Shown here: positions 28,976 to 37,523 of the stretch, one piece after another
How positions within the stretch are numbered: position 1 is the stretch's first letter
Layout: every line of letters begins with the position of its first letter
Source: a virus
Lineage: Duplodnaviria > Heunggongvirae > Uroviricota > Caudoviricetes
DNA length: 64,000 nucleotides
Virus record (IMG/VR): IMGVR_UViG_3300024518_005076
Reading direction: 5' to 3' (one strand)
Position numbers and translations under genes: made by a program
Notes under the pieces: generated by a model
What the model saw: the letters and a program-made list of their open reading frames with translations, nothing else
Told to the model about the DNA's origin: nothing
Databases searched by the model: none

Positions 28976-29182
28976 ATGCCAGGAATCAGCGAGCTATGGA
29001 CGATTGGGAAAGCCGCACGAGAGCTTAAAACGTCCTACGGAAGGATCGAGGCCCACGTCAAGTCTGGAAGGATTCCTCATGTTGTATTGGGATCTGGACA
29101 GGTACTGGTGACGCTTCAGGGCGTGCAGGACTACCTGGACAATCCAGTTTCTCGGGGAAGAAAAACTCAAACACAAGGATAG
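28976..29182 (+). CDS. Excisionase/MerR-like HTH DNA-binding protein (68 aa)
   Basis: 'LWTIGKAARELKTSYGRIEAHVKSGRIPHVVLG' helix-turn-helix pattern; AAAGGGA RBS. Confidence 0.55.
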   Translation: MPGISELWTIGKAARELKTSYGRIEAHVKSGRIPHVVLGSGQVLVTLQGVQDYLDNPVSRGRKTQTQG

Positions 29183-29199
29183 CGCCAGCCTTGGCGCTG
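29181..29199 (+). repeat. Copy of palindromic 18-20-mer AGCGCCAGCCTTGGCGCTG(G); other copies at 45335..45354, 48946..48965, variant 55453..55474, reverse-complement form at about 59437..59454
   Basis: Exact string matches seen in sequence. Confidence 0.7.
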
Positions 29200-29217
29200 A
29201 TCAGAGAGGAGAAATAA

Positions 29218-29835
29218 ATGGCGTCAAACTACCCGTACAGTTCTAAGACTTATTATTTCGAAGAAGGATACATGTCCAATCCGTCCTATTGGACTGGGGA
29301 CTGGGCCGTGGGCGATACAGGCGGGAACCAGGCCGAGTCTACTCCGCCACCCTATGCGAGTGTGCCCACAAGCCCCAAAGAACGGCCTGTTGTTCTGCCT
29401 CCAATGATCCGGGACAGGCTGATCTCGGGCGAAACTCCCAACCTTCTGTCACTCCCGACATCCCTGTGTACGGGTTGGAAAAAGGGCGATTTCGTCTTTC
29501 TCTGTGAGCCCATGATCTTCATTGATGATGAACTCTGTTATGCCTCAGACAAAAGCATAGTTCCGGAACACGACATCCTTCGAGGTGAATCCGCATGGGT
29601 TGGTGCTGGCGTGATGAACAGGAAGTCAGCCCGATACTGGTTCAGAACAGAGTCGGCAGAGGATTGCGAGTTAAGTTCAATGTCCGAGACTCAGTTCCGT
29701 GAACAAGGCTTCGCAGACAGGCAGGAGTTCGTTAAGTTCTTCATGGATCTGCGAGAGCTTAATCTCAGGTCGTATTCCAGAATCAAGACATTCGAACTCG
29801 TTCCGTGTGAAAAGCCAGAGGTGTCCACATGCTAA
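29218..29835 (+). CDS. Hypothetical protein (205 aa)
   Basis: ORF with GAGGAG RBS. Confidence 0.55.
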   Translation: MASNYPYSSKTYYFEEGYMSNPSYWTGDWAVGDTGGNQAESTPPPYASVPTSPKERPVVLPPMIRDRLISGETPNLLSLPTSLCTGWKKGDFVFLCEPMIFIDDELCYASDKSIVPEHDILRGESAWVGAGVMNRKSARYWFRTESAEDCELSSMSETQFREQGFADRQEFVKFFMDLRELNLRSYSRIKTFELVPCEKPEVSTC

Positions 29836-30425
29836 TGGGCTTGGGAACGGGACGCTGTGGGACCAAGAGCCTGGCTGTTCAGCTCGGCGGACTACATGAG
29901 CCAAAGCCTTGGCTTAAAGAAGAGCCTGTCCAATACAAGTGCGACAGGAATATGGACGTTCGAGATTCCCTACTGGAAAACCTGAAGGCAAGGTCCGAGT
30001 TACCAGTTCCAATCATCGTTGATCTGAAGCACAGCTATGTGATCGACCTTATCTGTGAAGTTGATCCGGAAGCAGAGTTTATCTGGATGCTCAGAGACCC
30101 TGTTGATTGTATCTCTTCGCTGTTGAATGGCGGGGCATGGACTAAAACAGACTGGCATGGAGCCAGAAAGTGGAGGCCGTTCGGAGGATGGAAAGATGAC
30201 GTGCCACGAGAGATGCGAGTCGTTCGCTATTGGATTGAGATAAACAAGATGATTGAGAAGTCTCTCATGGAAGCTGGTAAGGGTATCGAGATTTACCCGA
30301 CTGAGTCACTCACAGCCAAAGAGAACGTGTACTCCAAAAGAGACCGTATCGGGGGCGATCTGCTGAAGATTGTTCACGAAATGTGCGGCCCACTCTACAA
30401 GCAATGGATCAGAGACTACGTATGA
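29829..30425 (+). CDS. Sulfotransferase-fold protein (198 aa)
   Basis: P-loop-like 5'-phosphosulfate motif 'GLGTGRCGTKSL' and 3'-phosphate motif 'MLRDPVDCISS' (RDP...S) in canonical order. Confidence 0.55.
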   Translation: MLMGLGTGRCGTKSLAVQLGGLHEPKPWLKEEPVQYKCDRNMDVRDSLLENLKARSELPVPIIVDLKHSYVIDLICEVDPEAEFIWMLRDPVDCISSLLNGGAWTKTDWHGARKWRPFGGWKDDVPREMRVVRYWIEINKMIEKSLMEAGKGIEIYPTESLTAKENVYSKRDRIGGDLLKIVHEMCGPLYKQWIRDYV

Positions 30426-30664
30426 GAAAGCCAAAAGACGAGCGGCCCATAAGTGAAACTGCCCAGGGAGTCATGGTGCATCTGGGAGAGCATGGGCCAA
30501 CTCCGCTTAGCGTGCTGTGTAGCACATTCAATGTGGCGACCGGCAAAATGGTAATACTGTTGGACGAAGAGCTTAATCTCTGTAAGAGGGGCAGGGTTAT
30601 TACAGAGGGGACGACCGAATCCGTTTACGCCCTGCAAAAGGCCCCGCCCAATCCATTCAGATGA
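30422..30664 (+). CDS. Hypothetical protein (80 aa; start uncertain)
   Basis: ORF. Confidence 0.35.
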   Translation: MRKPKDERPISETAQGVMVHLGEHGPTPLSVLCSTFNVATGKMVILLDEELNLCKRGRVITEGTTESVYALQKAPPNPFR

Positions 30665-30843
30665 ACAAGAATCAGTACAACAACTTCCTTACTGTTGTGG
30701 CCAGGCCGCTTCTAGCTGTCGGCTTAGTAGTCCTGATGGCGTCGTACTGGAATGAACCAACCCCGATACACTGGGGTATGCTGCTTCTGGCCGTCAGCTT
30801 AATCGCAACTGTCTTGTTTACGGGGTGTCTGAATGAAGATTGA
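30661..30843 (+). CDS. Small membrane protein (60 aa)
   Basis: ORF, two hydrophobic helices. Confidence 0.4.
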   Translation: MNKNQYNNFLTVVARPLLAVGLVVLMASYWNEPTPIHWGMLLLAVSLIATVLFTGCLNED

Positions 30844-31138
30844 AAGGGAGCTTAAGCTTCACGAAATACGATCAATGCTGGAAACGTACATCTACGCCGA
30901 GCTGTACCAGTATTTCGATCACGGAATGGACCTCGAACAGTGTGCCGCAGAGGGTGCGGACATTCCAGAACTCACTGATGACAATATCTACTCAGAGATT
31001 AAAGAACGGATCGAATACACACTTGACGAGTTCTTCGACGAAGGGTGGCCCAATGGGGGAATTCCGCACGGACTATCCAGGCAAGTGATCGACTGGGTCG
31101 ACAAAGCAATGAAACTGTATATCAGGAACTCTAAATAA
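30833..31138 (+). CDS. Hypothetical protein (101 aa)
   Basis: ORF. Confidence 0.45.
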   Translation: MKIERELKLHEIRSMLETYIYAELYQYFDHGMDLEQCAAEGADIPELTDDNIYSEIKERIEYTLDEFFDEGWPNGGIPHGLSRQVIDWVDKAMKLYIRNSK

Positions 31139-31150
31139 TCAGGACCGCAC

Positions 31151-31381
31151 ATGCCCAACTACTGTACCGTCCCAAGCCACGAGAGGTTCCGTGGTGTATC
31201 CAACGCAATCGGCACATGCTTGGCTTGCGAGCTGGAGAAAACGTCCAGACTCTTGAAGCTTCATCAGGAGCTTCTCCGCAGAACGCATCTCTGCTGCGAA
31301 GATCTCCATCACGAGAAGAGTGAGTATCACACCGGACTCGACTGCCCCGTAATAAAGAAGTTCGAGGAGATTGTCCCGTGA
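31151..31381 (+). CDS. Hypothetical protein (76 aa)
   Basis: ORF. Confidence 0.4.
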   Translation: MPNYCTVPSHERFRGVSNAIGTCLACELEKTSRLLKLHQELLRRTHLCCEDLHHEKSEYHTGLDCPVIKKFEEIVP

Positions 31382-31593
31382 GCAGTAAAGAGTTAATGGT
31401 CGTGTGTTGTCACAGCAATCAATCAGACATATGTAAATGTCATGTTTGTGACAGTCCATACACGGTGTCATGCAATCCAATAATCAATCATTTCGGGCAG
31501 AGACTCAAGATTTCTGTCTGTGAGGCGTGTATTAGGGCTGCAGTGGCCAATATAGACTCCCTTAAAGAAGGCAAATGGGAGACTGTCCCGTGA
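31378..31593 (+). CDS. Cys-rich zinc-finger-like protein (71 aa)
   Basis: ORF; CC..C..C.C pattern. Confidence 0.4.
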   Translation: MSSKELMVVCCHSNQSDICKCHVCDSPYTVSCNPIINHFGQRLKISVCEACIRAAVANIDSLKEGKWETVP

Positions 31594-31595
31594 GC

Positions 31596-31817
31596 ATGAA
31601 CGAGAAAGCACTTAGGGAGCGAGAGACAGAACACTTTCTCTGTCTAGGGCTCACCATTGGAATGGCGATTGGAGGGTTGCTGGGAGCATGGGCAGCAACC
31701 AGCATCACAAATCACCGCTGGGAGAAAATGCTCTCAACAAATGTTCCGGAAGACGAAGCAGGGGGCGAAATCACTCATGAACGCCTCAATCACTTTGGCA
31801 CCATGAGGGTGAAGTGA
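31596..31817 (+). CDS. Small membrane protein (73 aa)
   Basis: ORF. Confidence 0.35.
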   Translation: MNEKALRERETEHFLCLGLTIGMAIGGLLGAWAATSITNHRWEKMLSTNVPEDEAGGEITHERLNHFGTMRVK

Positions 31818-32252
31818 CTTTCGGACAGCAGACTTGAGCAATTTGTCGATTTTGTCCTGATTTCCCTTCAATTCGTCGTAATTATGGCTCAAAACGACTG
31901 TTTTTACCCCTAATTGAGCCACATCTGATACTGTTTCTTCCAGATCGAAGGTCTCTACGAGTGCTTTTTCTATGTCTGATACCTCGTAAACCACTGTTAC
32001 AGACACAGTTACAGTCCTGCCATCGTCCGTGGTCAATACCTGAGGCGACAGATCAAGCGTCTGTCTCTTGATGGGATATCGAACTGGCTCCGACCAGATG
32101 GGCCAGTAGATATGCATTCCGGGCTCCAGAACCTTAGTTTTTCCTCTCTTGAAGAGTACACAGCCCAGATTGAACTGAACATGCAGCAATCTGGGCAAAA
32201 CAAGGCCCATATTGTGGATAATGCTGGAAATCCAGCCAAATGCACCTTCCAT
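31734..32252 (-). CDS. SPFH/band-7 domain protein (172 aa; possibly truncated)
   Basis: 'KRGKTKVLEPGMHIYWPIWSEPVRYPIKRQTLDLSPQVLTTDDGRTVTVSVTVVYEVSDIEKAL' matches SPFH core. Confidence 0.65.
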   Translation of the reverse strand: MEGAFGWISSIIHNMGLVLPRLLHVQFNLGCVLFKRGKTKVLEPGMHIYWPIWSEPVRYPIKRQTLDLSPQVLTTDDGRTVTVSVTVVYEVSDIEKALVETFDLEETVSDVAQLGVKTVVLSHNYDELKGNQDKIDKLLKSAVRKSLHPHGAKVIEAFMSDFAPCFVFRNIC

Positions 32253-32454
32253 AGTGATCTCCTTTCAGGAGCCAGAATATCAGGCCCAAGAGTAACGAGA
32301 ATCACAGATAATGTCCCTGCCTGTATCTGGGAAGGACTCACATTACGAACGACCGAATTCAGCAGGCGGCGAAAAAAGATATCCCTAAGTAGCTCGGCGT
32401 AGTTTCGCCGCTCTGCTGCAATGCCTTGTTGGGTTGCCTTCCTGGTTTACATGG

Positions 32455-32850
32455 CTACTTCCTATGAAGATATTTAAGCACTTTCTTGGCCGCTTTTTGA
32501 ACTTCTGTGGGATCGTCGCAGACAATTCCGCCATGGCCATCTTCGTGACAGGGTGCCTGGGCTTCTGCCTGGTAGTATTTCTTTATGGCATGCCGGAATG
32601 CCCTGCATGCCAAAGTGCCCATTCTTTCGCTGATTCGATCGATAGCGGCGTCAGATGGTCCGAGTCCGATAGGATTGTGGCTTCTAATAATGGCCTGGAA
32701 GGTCGCCCGCAGGGGATCGGCGAGTTCATTGAATTCGTTGCGCCTGTCACGAACGACCGAGAATTTATGGTCGATAAAGGCCCCAGCCAAAGCGCCCACA
32801 ACAAGCGAGCCAGCACTGGTCGCAATCAAGTGCAGGATAGTGATTGTCAC
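32455..32850 (-). CDS. Membrane-anchored hypothetical protein (131 aa)
   Basis: ORF. Confidence 0.45.
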   Translation of the reverse strand: MTITILHLIATSAGSLVVGALAGAFIDHKFSVVRDRRNEFNELADPLRATFQAIIRSHNPIGLGPSDAAIDRISERMGTLACRAFRHAIKKYYQAEAQAPCHEDGHGGIVCDDPTEVQKAAKKVLKYLHRK

Positions 32851-33070
32851 TACTGGTGCCGCCTCGCGATTTTATGTTTATGTTCAGCTTATATTAGCAC
32901 TGTTGTCAGAACAGAGCTGCGGTTTCGAAGAGAGCGGATGCATATGCCAGGACTGTCCATGTCGCCGCAACCTAACAACCAAGCTAACGGGGCGGCGACT
33001 GGCGATTCGGAAGAACAGAAACAGCCTTAATCCGCCGCTCGCGTTGGGCGGTTTGTTGGTGAGGACTCGC

Positions 33071-33367
33071 ATGACAATAGAATTTGACACGGTGACGCGC
33101 AGCCACTGCCAGCTCGTTCACTGCCACTGTGGCGGGTGCGGATTTCCAATCGGCATGGACGGCTCATGTGGTTGTGTAGAATTAAACCACCCCATCGGCC
33201 AAATTCAGACAAGCAACCTGAGCATGGCCCGGCTGGCGTCCAACTATGCCATGATGAGGCTGGCTGATTACGGACATATGGACTCTGTAAGTGCTGTCAG
33301 GGCAATTCTGGACGGCGAACCTTTCATGACTGGAGTTGCTAGAGGACGAGAAGGTTTATTTCTTTGA
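33071..33367 (+). CDS. Cys-rich hypothetical protein (98 aa)
   Basis: ATG with GGTGAGGA RBS; in-frame 3' part of an implausibly long ORF-track ORF. Confidence 0.4.
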   Translation: MTIEFDTVTRSHCQLVHCHCGGCGFPIGMDGSCGCVELNHPIGQIQTSNLSMARLASNYAMMRLADYGHMDSVSAVRAILDGEPFMTGVARGREGLFL

Positions 33368-33369
33368 GC

Positions 33370-34390
33370 CTTTGGAAAAGGAAATATCTATTGAGGATAT
33401 GCAGAAGATTGTGGACGCAAACGAGAAATTAGTTAAGGAGTTGAAAGATGGAGATAAATAAAATTTACAACGAAAATTGTCTTGATACGATGGCAAAAAT
33501 GCCTGATTGCTTTGTGGATTTAACGGTTACTTCACCGCCTTATGATAATTTGAGAGATTACAAAGGGTTTGATTTTGATTGGAAAACTATAATAAAAGAA
33601 CTTTATAGGGTAACAAAAGAGGGTGGTGTAGTAGTTTGGGTTGTTGGTGATGCAACAATTAAAGGAAGTGAAACGGGAACATCTTTTAAGCAAGCATTAC
33701 ACGCTATTGATTGTGGTTTTCGTTTGCACGATACAATGATTTACTCAAAAGCAAGTCAGCCAAGACAAAACGGGCATAGGTATGAACAGCAATTTGAATA
33801 TATGTTTGTGTTTAGTAAAGGGAAAGTTAAAATAAAAAACATTATAAAAGAACCATCTAAAAATGCAGGAAAGGTTGTCAAAAGGACTTGTAGAGATAGT
33901 GGAAAAGATGAACTAAAAAGTAGTAAAAATATTGTTTCAGACTTAAAAACAAAAGGGAATGTGTGGTTTTACGGAACTAAAAAAAACGACACAAAACACC
34001 CTGCTGTATTTCCTAAACAATTAGCAAACGACCATATCATAAGTTGGAGCAATGAAAACGATTTAATCTACGACCCATTTTTGGGAAGTGGAACAACGGC
34101 TAAAATGGCGTTACTAAACAATCGAAAATTTGTCGGGAGTGAAATATCAAAAGAGTATTGCGAAATTGCAGAGAAGCGAATCAATGAAAATCTATAAAAT
34201 CACAGACGCAAGCGATTATCTTGGAGTGTCTATAAACACCCTCAAGACGCTTGCCAACAACGGAAAGATAAAATCTTTCAAGACTACTGGTGAGCATAGG
34301 CGTTTTCGTCAGGAAGATTTAGACGCTTATATGGGAGTCGAGAAAGAGAAGAAAGAAAAGCTGACTGTGATTTATGCCCGTTGCTCTACT
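33370..34390 (+). other. AT-rich compositional island (foreign insertion)
   Basis: Sharp drop in GC versus flanking ~52-55% GC sequence; contains MTase and IS607-type TnpA fragment. Confidence 0.6.
33448..34197 (+). CDS. N6/N4 DNA methyltransferase (beta-class, 249 aa)
   Basis: 'DLTVTSPPYDNLRDY', 'KHPAVFPKQLANDHI', 'YDPFLGSGTTA' motifs; perfect AAGGAG RBS. Confidence 0.85.
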   Translation: MEINKIYNENCLDTMAKMPDCFVDLTVTSPPYDNLRDYKGFDFDWKTIIKELYRVTKEGGVVVWVVGDATIKGSETGTSFKQALHAIDCGFRLHDTMIYSKASQPRQNGHRYEQQFEYMFVFSKGKVKIKNIIKEPSKNAGKVVKRTCRDSGKDELKSSKNIVSDLKTKGNVWFYGTKKNDTKHPAVFPKQLANDHIISWSNENDLIYDPFLGSGTTAKMALLNNRKFVGSEISKEYCEIAEKRINENL

Positions 34391-34456
34391 GCTCGAGAGA
34401 CCAGCTCTTCCATTTCCATGACTGACTGGGTTTGGGCACCTCTGTCAGCGTTCTGA
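34184..34456 (+). pseudogene. IS607-family TnpA remnant: MerR-like HTH plus first residues of serine-recombinase catalytic domain, then divergent and terminated
   Basis: 'MKIYKITDASDYLGVSINTLKTLANNGKIKSFKTTGEHRRFRQEDLDAY' then 'KLTVIYARCST' resembling the YARVSS active-site start; diverges where GC returns to backbone level. Confidence 0.5.
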
Positions 34457-34985
34457 TTTCGCTCGGGTCCCATATATGGGATGCATCAAACCCTTCGTAT
34501 TCGTAGTCGTACCATGTGGATTGCGCCGCCCAAAGTCTGATATTCAGCTTTTTGCGGCGCTCTTCCATTTGCTCGGCGTAGAATTCATCAGCGATATCTT
34601 CCAGTAGTTCAGTCCACGCCGGGGACTCTCTCATTGCCTCATTCTGGGGGAGCGTCTGCCATACATCCCGGCCCAGCCGGTACTGAGGGTAAGCTCCGAG
34701 GCGAGTACTCTGGTAATCGTGCCATCTGACCCGGAAGAATGACAGAATCCGGAGTCTCCTGGCCTCCAGCTCGCAGCATTTCAGGAGCACGTCAGGATTC
34801 AGCCTGTGCTTACGGGGAATCCTGCGGAACCACGAGATGGACAACTCGCGATACAGGACCATCGAAGAAACATCTCGTTCGTCGACAGCGATATGCAGCT
34901 CGCGGCGTCTCTCTGGAACTGGACGGAACGGTTGCTCGTAGAAAGTCTCAACCGTCATCCACATTGTGAGGCAATAGACAAGCAT
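34386..34985 (-). CDS. Hypothetical protein (199 aa)
   Basis: ORF. Confidence 0.5.
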   Translation of the reverse strand: MLVYCLTMWMTVETFYEQPFRPVPERRRELHIAVDERDVSSMVLYRELSISWFRRIPRKHRLNPDVLLKCCELEARRLRILSFFRVRWHDYQSTRLGAYPQYRLGRDVWQTLPQNEAMRESPAWTELLEDIADEFYAEQMEERRKKLNIRLWAAQSTWYDYEYEGFDASHIWDPSEIRTLTEVPKPSQSWKWKSWSLEQ

Positions 34986-35020
34986 CCAGATATTATATGC
35001 GACACCGGCCAGTCCGAGCG

Positions 35021-35191
35021 CTAATTCTGGATAGTTTTGTCCATCACTCCGAACGCATCCCTGATCATCTCGATCGTAATATCGTCATTCGAGAGCTTGG
35101 CGTTCGCGTAAGCAAACTGAATCGCTTCCTCCAGAGCCTCTTCTGGGGTAATGCCCCTCATCTCTGCCAATTGCTTAAACAGCTCACTCAT
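35021..35191 (-). CDS. Small hypothetical protein (56 aa)
   Basis: ATG with GGAGG RBS. Confidence 0.35.
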   Translation of the reverse strand: MSELFKQLAEMRGITPEEALEEAIQFAYANAKLSNDDITIEMIRDAFGVMDKTIQN

Positions 35192-35405
35192 CAGGGGCCT
35201 CCACGGCAGAGAGATCAGAGAGCATTCCCATCTGCCTGCCCTTGCTGTTAATGAGGGCCGTGTCGGCGCTTGTGAGCTGCACCATGCTGTCGTCAACGAC
35301 CTCAACAGAGATGAGGTGAGTGTTGAGGGTGTAGGGATTTCCCATTACGACATCAGCGCCAGCCTTGGCACCCTTAAGGATGTGCATCAGCTCAAATACT
35401 TTCAT
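35184..35405 (-). CDS. Small hypothetical protein (73 aa)
   Basis: ORF. Confidence 0.35.
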   Translation of the reverse strand: MKVFELMHILKGAKAGADVVMGNPYTLNTHLISVEVVDDSMVQLTSADTALINSKGRQMGMLSDLSAVEAPDE

Positions 35406-35632
35406 TTATTGTCCTGTTTGTTTTCACTGGCAGTTATGCGGTACTGAGCAATCATCATCTGCACATTAGCCATAGCTAATTCGTGGCCAGTTGTCGTCTC
35501 GTGCCTTGATTGCAGAAAACCGGCAAACAGACACGCACCTCCGATCGAGGTCGTGACGTACCCAGGATCGAAGAATACCCCGACATGAGTGAGGACTGCC
35601 CCGATAAGAAACAGCATCGTGCTCTTGTTCAT
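35402..35632 (-). CDS. Small membrane protein (76 aa)
   Basis: ORF. Confidence 0.35.
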   Translation of the reverse strand: MNKSTMLFLIGAVLTHVGVFFDPGYVTTSIGGACLFAGFLQSRHETTTGHELAMANVQMMIAQYRITASENKQDNK

Positions 35633-35907
35633 GCCATATCCTTTTCATGGAGTCGGTCAAACAACTCTTGTCCGCGAGCCTTGATTTTAGCGATCACAGC
35701 ATCAGTCCACTCTGGCCATGTCTCAGGCCGGGCGTTCCATCTATTGATAGCGGCTTCCCTGGATTCCCATTTCCCCTGCAGCGCGCAACCGCATTCGCAT
35801 TGTATCAGGCACGCCGACATCACGGCAGGAACGTAGTATTCACTGTCTGCGTCGAGAACCTCAACCTGGTCATTGCCGCAGAACGGGCACGGGAGCATTT
35901 CATTCAT
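35629..35907 (-). CDS. Lar-like restriction-alleviation zinc-ribbon protein (second copy)
   Basis: 'MLPCPFCGNDQVEVL' plus 'CECGC' second Cys cluster. Confidence 0.5.
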   Translation of the reverse strand: MNEMLPCPFCGNDQVEVLDADSEYYVPAVMSACLIQCECGCALQGKWESREAAINRWNARPETWPEWTDAVIAKIKARGQELFDRLHEKDMA

Positions 35908-36112
35908 CTTCTTCATCCTGATTAACCATCGCAGCGCGAGCGTCACGGACGCTGTTCAGTTGCTGCATACTCTCTCTCATCTGTTCCAGAAGATGCACCT
36001 GAGAGACCAGCGCACCAATGTGCTGCTGACGGGATTTGATCTCAAGTTCGATGTCGGCCAGTGTCGTTTCGCTCATCTCATCTCTCCTTGAAAAGTGGTC
36101 ATGTAACAACAT
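35900..36112 (-). CDS. Coiled-coil small protein (70 aa)
   Basis: ORF. Confidence 0.35.
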   Translation of the reverse strand: MLLHDHFSRRDEMSETTLADIELEIKSRQQHIGALVSQVHLLEQMRESMQQLNSVRDARAAMVNQDEEDE

Positions 36113-36155
36113 TTTCGCACGGTAACACAGCGCATGTTATCGTGCGAAAATAGTG

Positions 36156-36479
36156 TTACGTTCTATGAGTCCCCTCGACGTCTCTCTTTTCTCGGTCGTC
36201 AGTCCGCTTTCTCAGGGCGTCAACAGCCATGGCGAGATAACCCAGTGCGGCGGAGTTGTCGTCACACTTGAACTTGCTCGACTGGTAGTGCTTAATCCGA
36301 TCAGCAACAGCCAGAATCACATCCTCGACGAAAGCTCCGTTCGGTTCCTTCCGGTCATTCCCGCGACCCAGAGGCCCATTCTGCCAGCTGATCGTAAATC
36401 CTCGACCACTGACACACCCTCCATTCGGATTTCCATCTTCGTCTGTCCAGTTCTCAGAAAAGAATCCCTGGGCTGCCAT
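36156..36479 (-). CDS. Hypothetical protein (107 aa)
   Basis: ORF. Confidence 0.45.
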   Translation of the reverse strand: MAAQGFFSENWTDEDGNPNGGCVSGRGFTISWQNGPLGRGNDRKEPNGAFVEDVILAVADRIKHYQSSKFKCDDNSAALGYLAMAVDALRKRTDDREKRDVEGTHRT

Positions 36480-36509
36480 TGTTATTCTCCTGTGGTTTGA
36501 GGCTCGGAC

Positions 36510-36878
36510 TTATTCATCGAACAGAACGGTTCCAATGATCTTATCTGGACTAAGTTCTCCACACTCTGAATGGGCGTGCGGAGCGATTATTGCGAAGGGG
36601 CTTTTGCTCTTATGGAATTCATCCAGCGTCATCCAGTCGTGACCCTTCAGGGGCGAATACCACTTGGCCGCGTGATCACAGACCTCAGGCTCTCCGTGAT
36701 ACAGAACACAAGTTCCATAGAAGTAATCTGGATTCTTTGAGTGAGTCCGGAAAACCAGAACGTCTGAGCATAGCCCTCTCCGCATGATCAGAACTGGGCG
36801 AGAGTCTCCATAGAGGTACGAGAACCCCTCGAAGAATGTCCTTATCGTAACTGGCGGAATTTCCGTGCTCCAAGGCAT
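36510..36878 (-). CDS. Hypothetical protein (122 aa)
   Basis: ORF. Confidence 0.45.
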   Translation of the reverse strand: MPWSTEIPPVTIRTFFEGFSYLYGDSRPVLIMRRGLCSDVLVFRTHSKNPDYFYGTCVLYHGEPEVCDHAAKWYSPLKGHDWMTLDEFHKSKSPFAIIAPHAHSECGELSPDKIIGTVLFDE

Positions 36879-37117
36879 TATGTCAGCTCCTCATATGAAT
36901 GGGGGATTCCACCGACAAGAGCGACAGCGAGTTCGTCAACCATAGACTCCAGTCTCTGGGACTCCTCTCTTGTTCTGAGGCAGATGCCGCCACTGTGGCT
37001 CGCGGCTATATATAGCATCTCCAAAGCTTCCTTCTGGAAATGGATGTTATCTCTGTGCAGCCATCTCTCGTCAGCCCTGGAGTAAGTCCAGTCATCGCAC
37101 ACTGGATGCGTCATCAA
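36878..37117 (-). CDS. Hypothetical protein (79 aa)
   Basis: ORF. Confidence 0.35.
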   Translation of the reverse strand: MMTHPVCDDWTYSRADERWLHRDNIHFQKEALEMLYIAASHSGGICLRTREESQRLESMVDELAVALVGGIPHSYEELT

Positions 37118-37288
37118 ACTCTCCCGTCTTAAGTTTGAGTTCGTCCTGCAGGCTGTCTATTTCGCGAGAAGCTCTTCGGGCCGCTTCGGCAATCATATCC
37201 GGATATGGCAGCGATTCATCACAAAACTCAACAAGCCACAGATGAGCAACCCTTGCCGCTTCCGGATAGTCAAGAGGCCTTGCCATTC

Positions 37289-37474
37289 TCACCTCCCATA
37301 TTTCTGAGCACATCGAGAACAAACACAGATCTGGTCGCCCGGAGTCATATCTCCAGAGTGAGGCAGCTCGACGATATAGACCTTGGAAGCAAACTGGCCG
37401 CACTCGTCACAGGCGAGCCGATGCTCAATCTGAACAAAAAGAGTCTCAGGCTCACCCCGTGGATACCTGGCCAT
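37289..37474 (-). CDS. Zinc-ribbon protein (61 aa)
   Basis: CDEC...CSRC pairs. Confidence 0.4.
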   Translation of the reverse strand: MARYPRGEPETLFVQIEHRLACDECGQFASKVYIVELPHSGDMTPGDQICVCSRCAQKYGR

Positions 37475-37523
37475 TTACAATCTACTCCTTATGCTATGCA
37501 GTGTAGACCGAGAACAGACAGGG

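Noticed and set aside
32585-33367. 260-aa plus-strand ORF spanning 32585..33367
   Set aside because: Overlaps the better-supported minus-strand gene 32455..32850 and has no RBS at its start; only its 3' third (33071..33367, with RBS) was kept.
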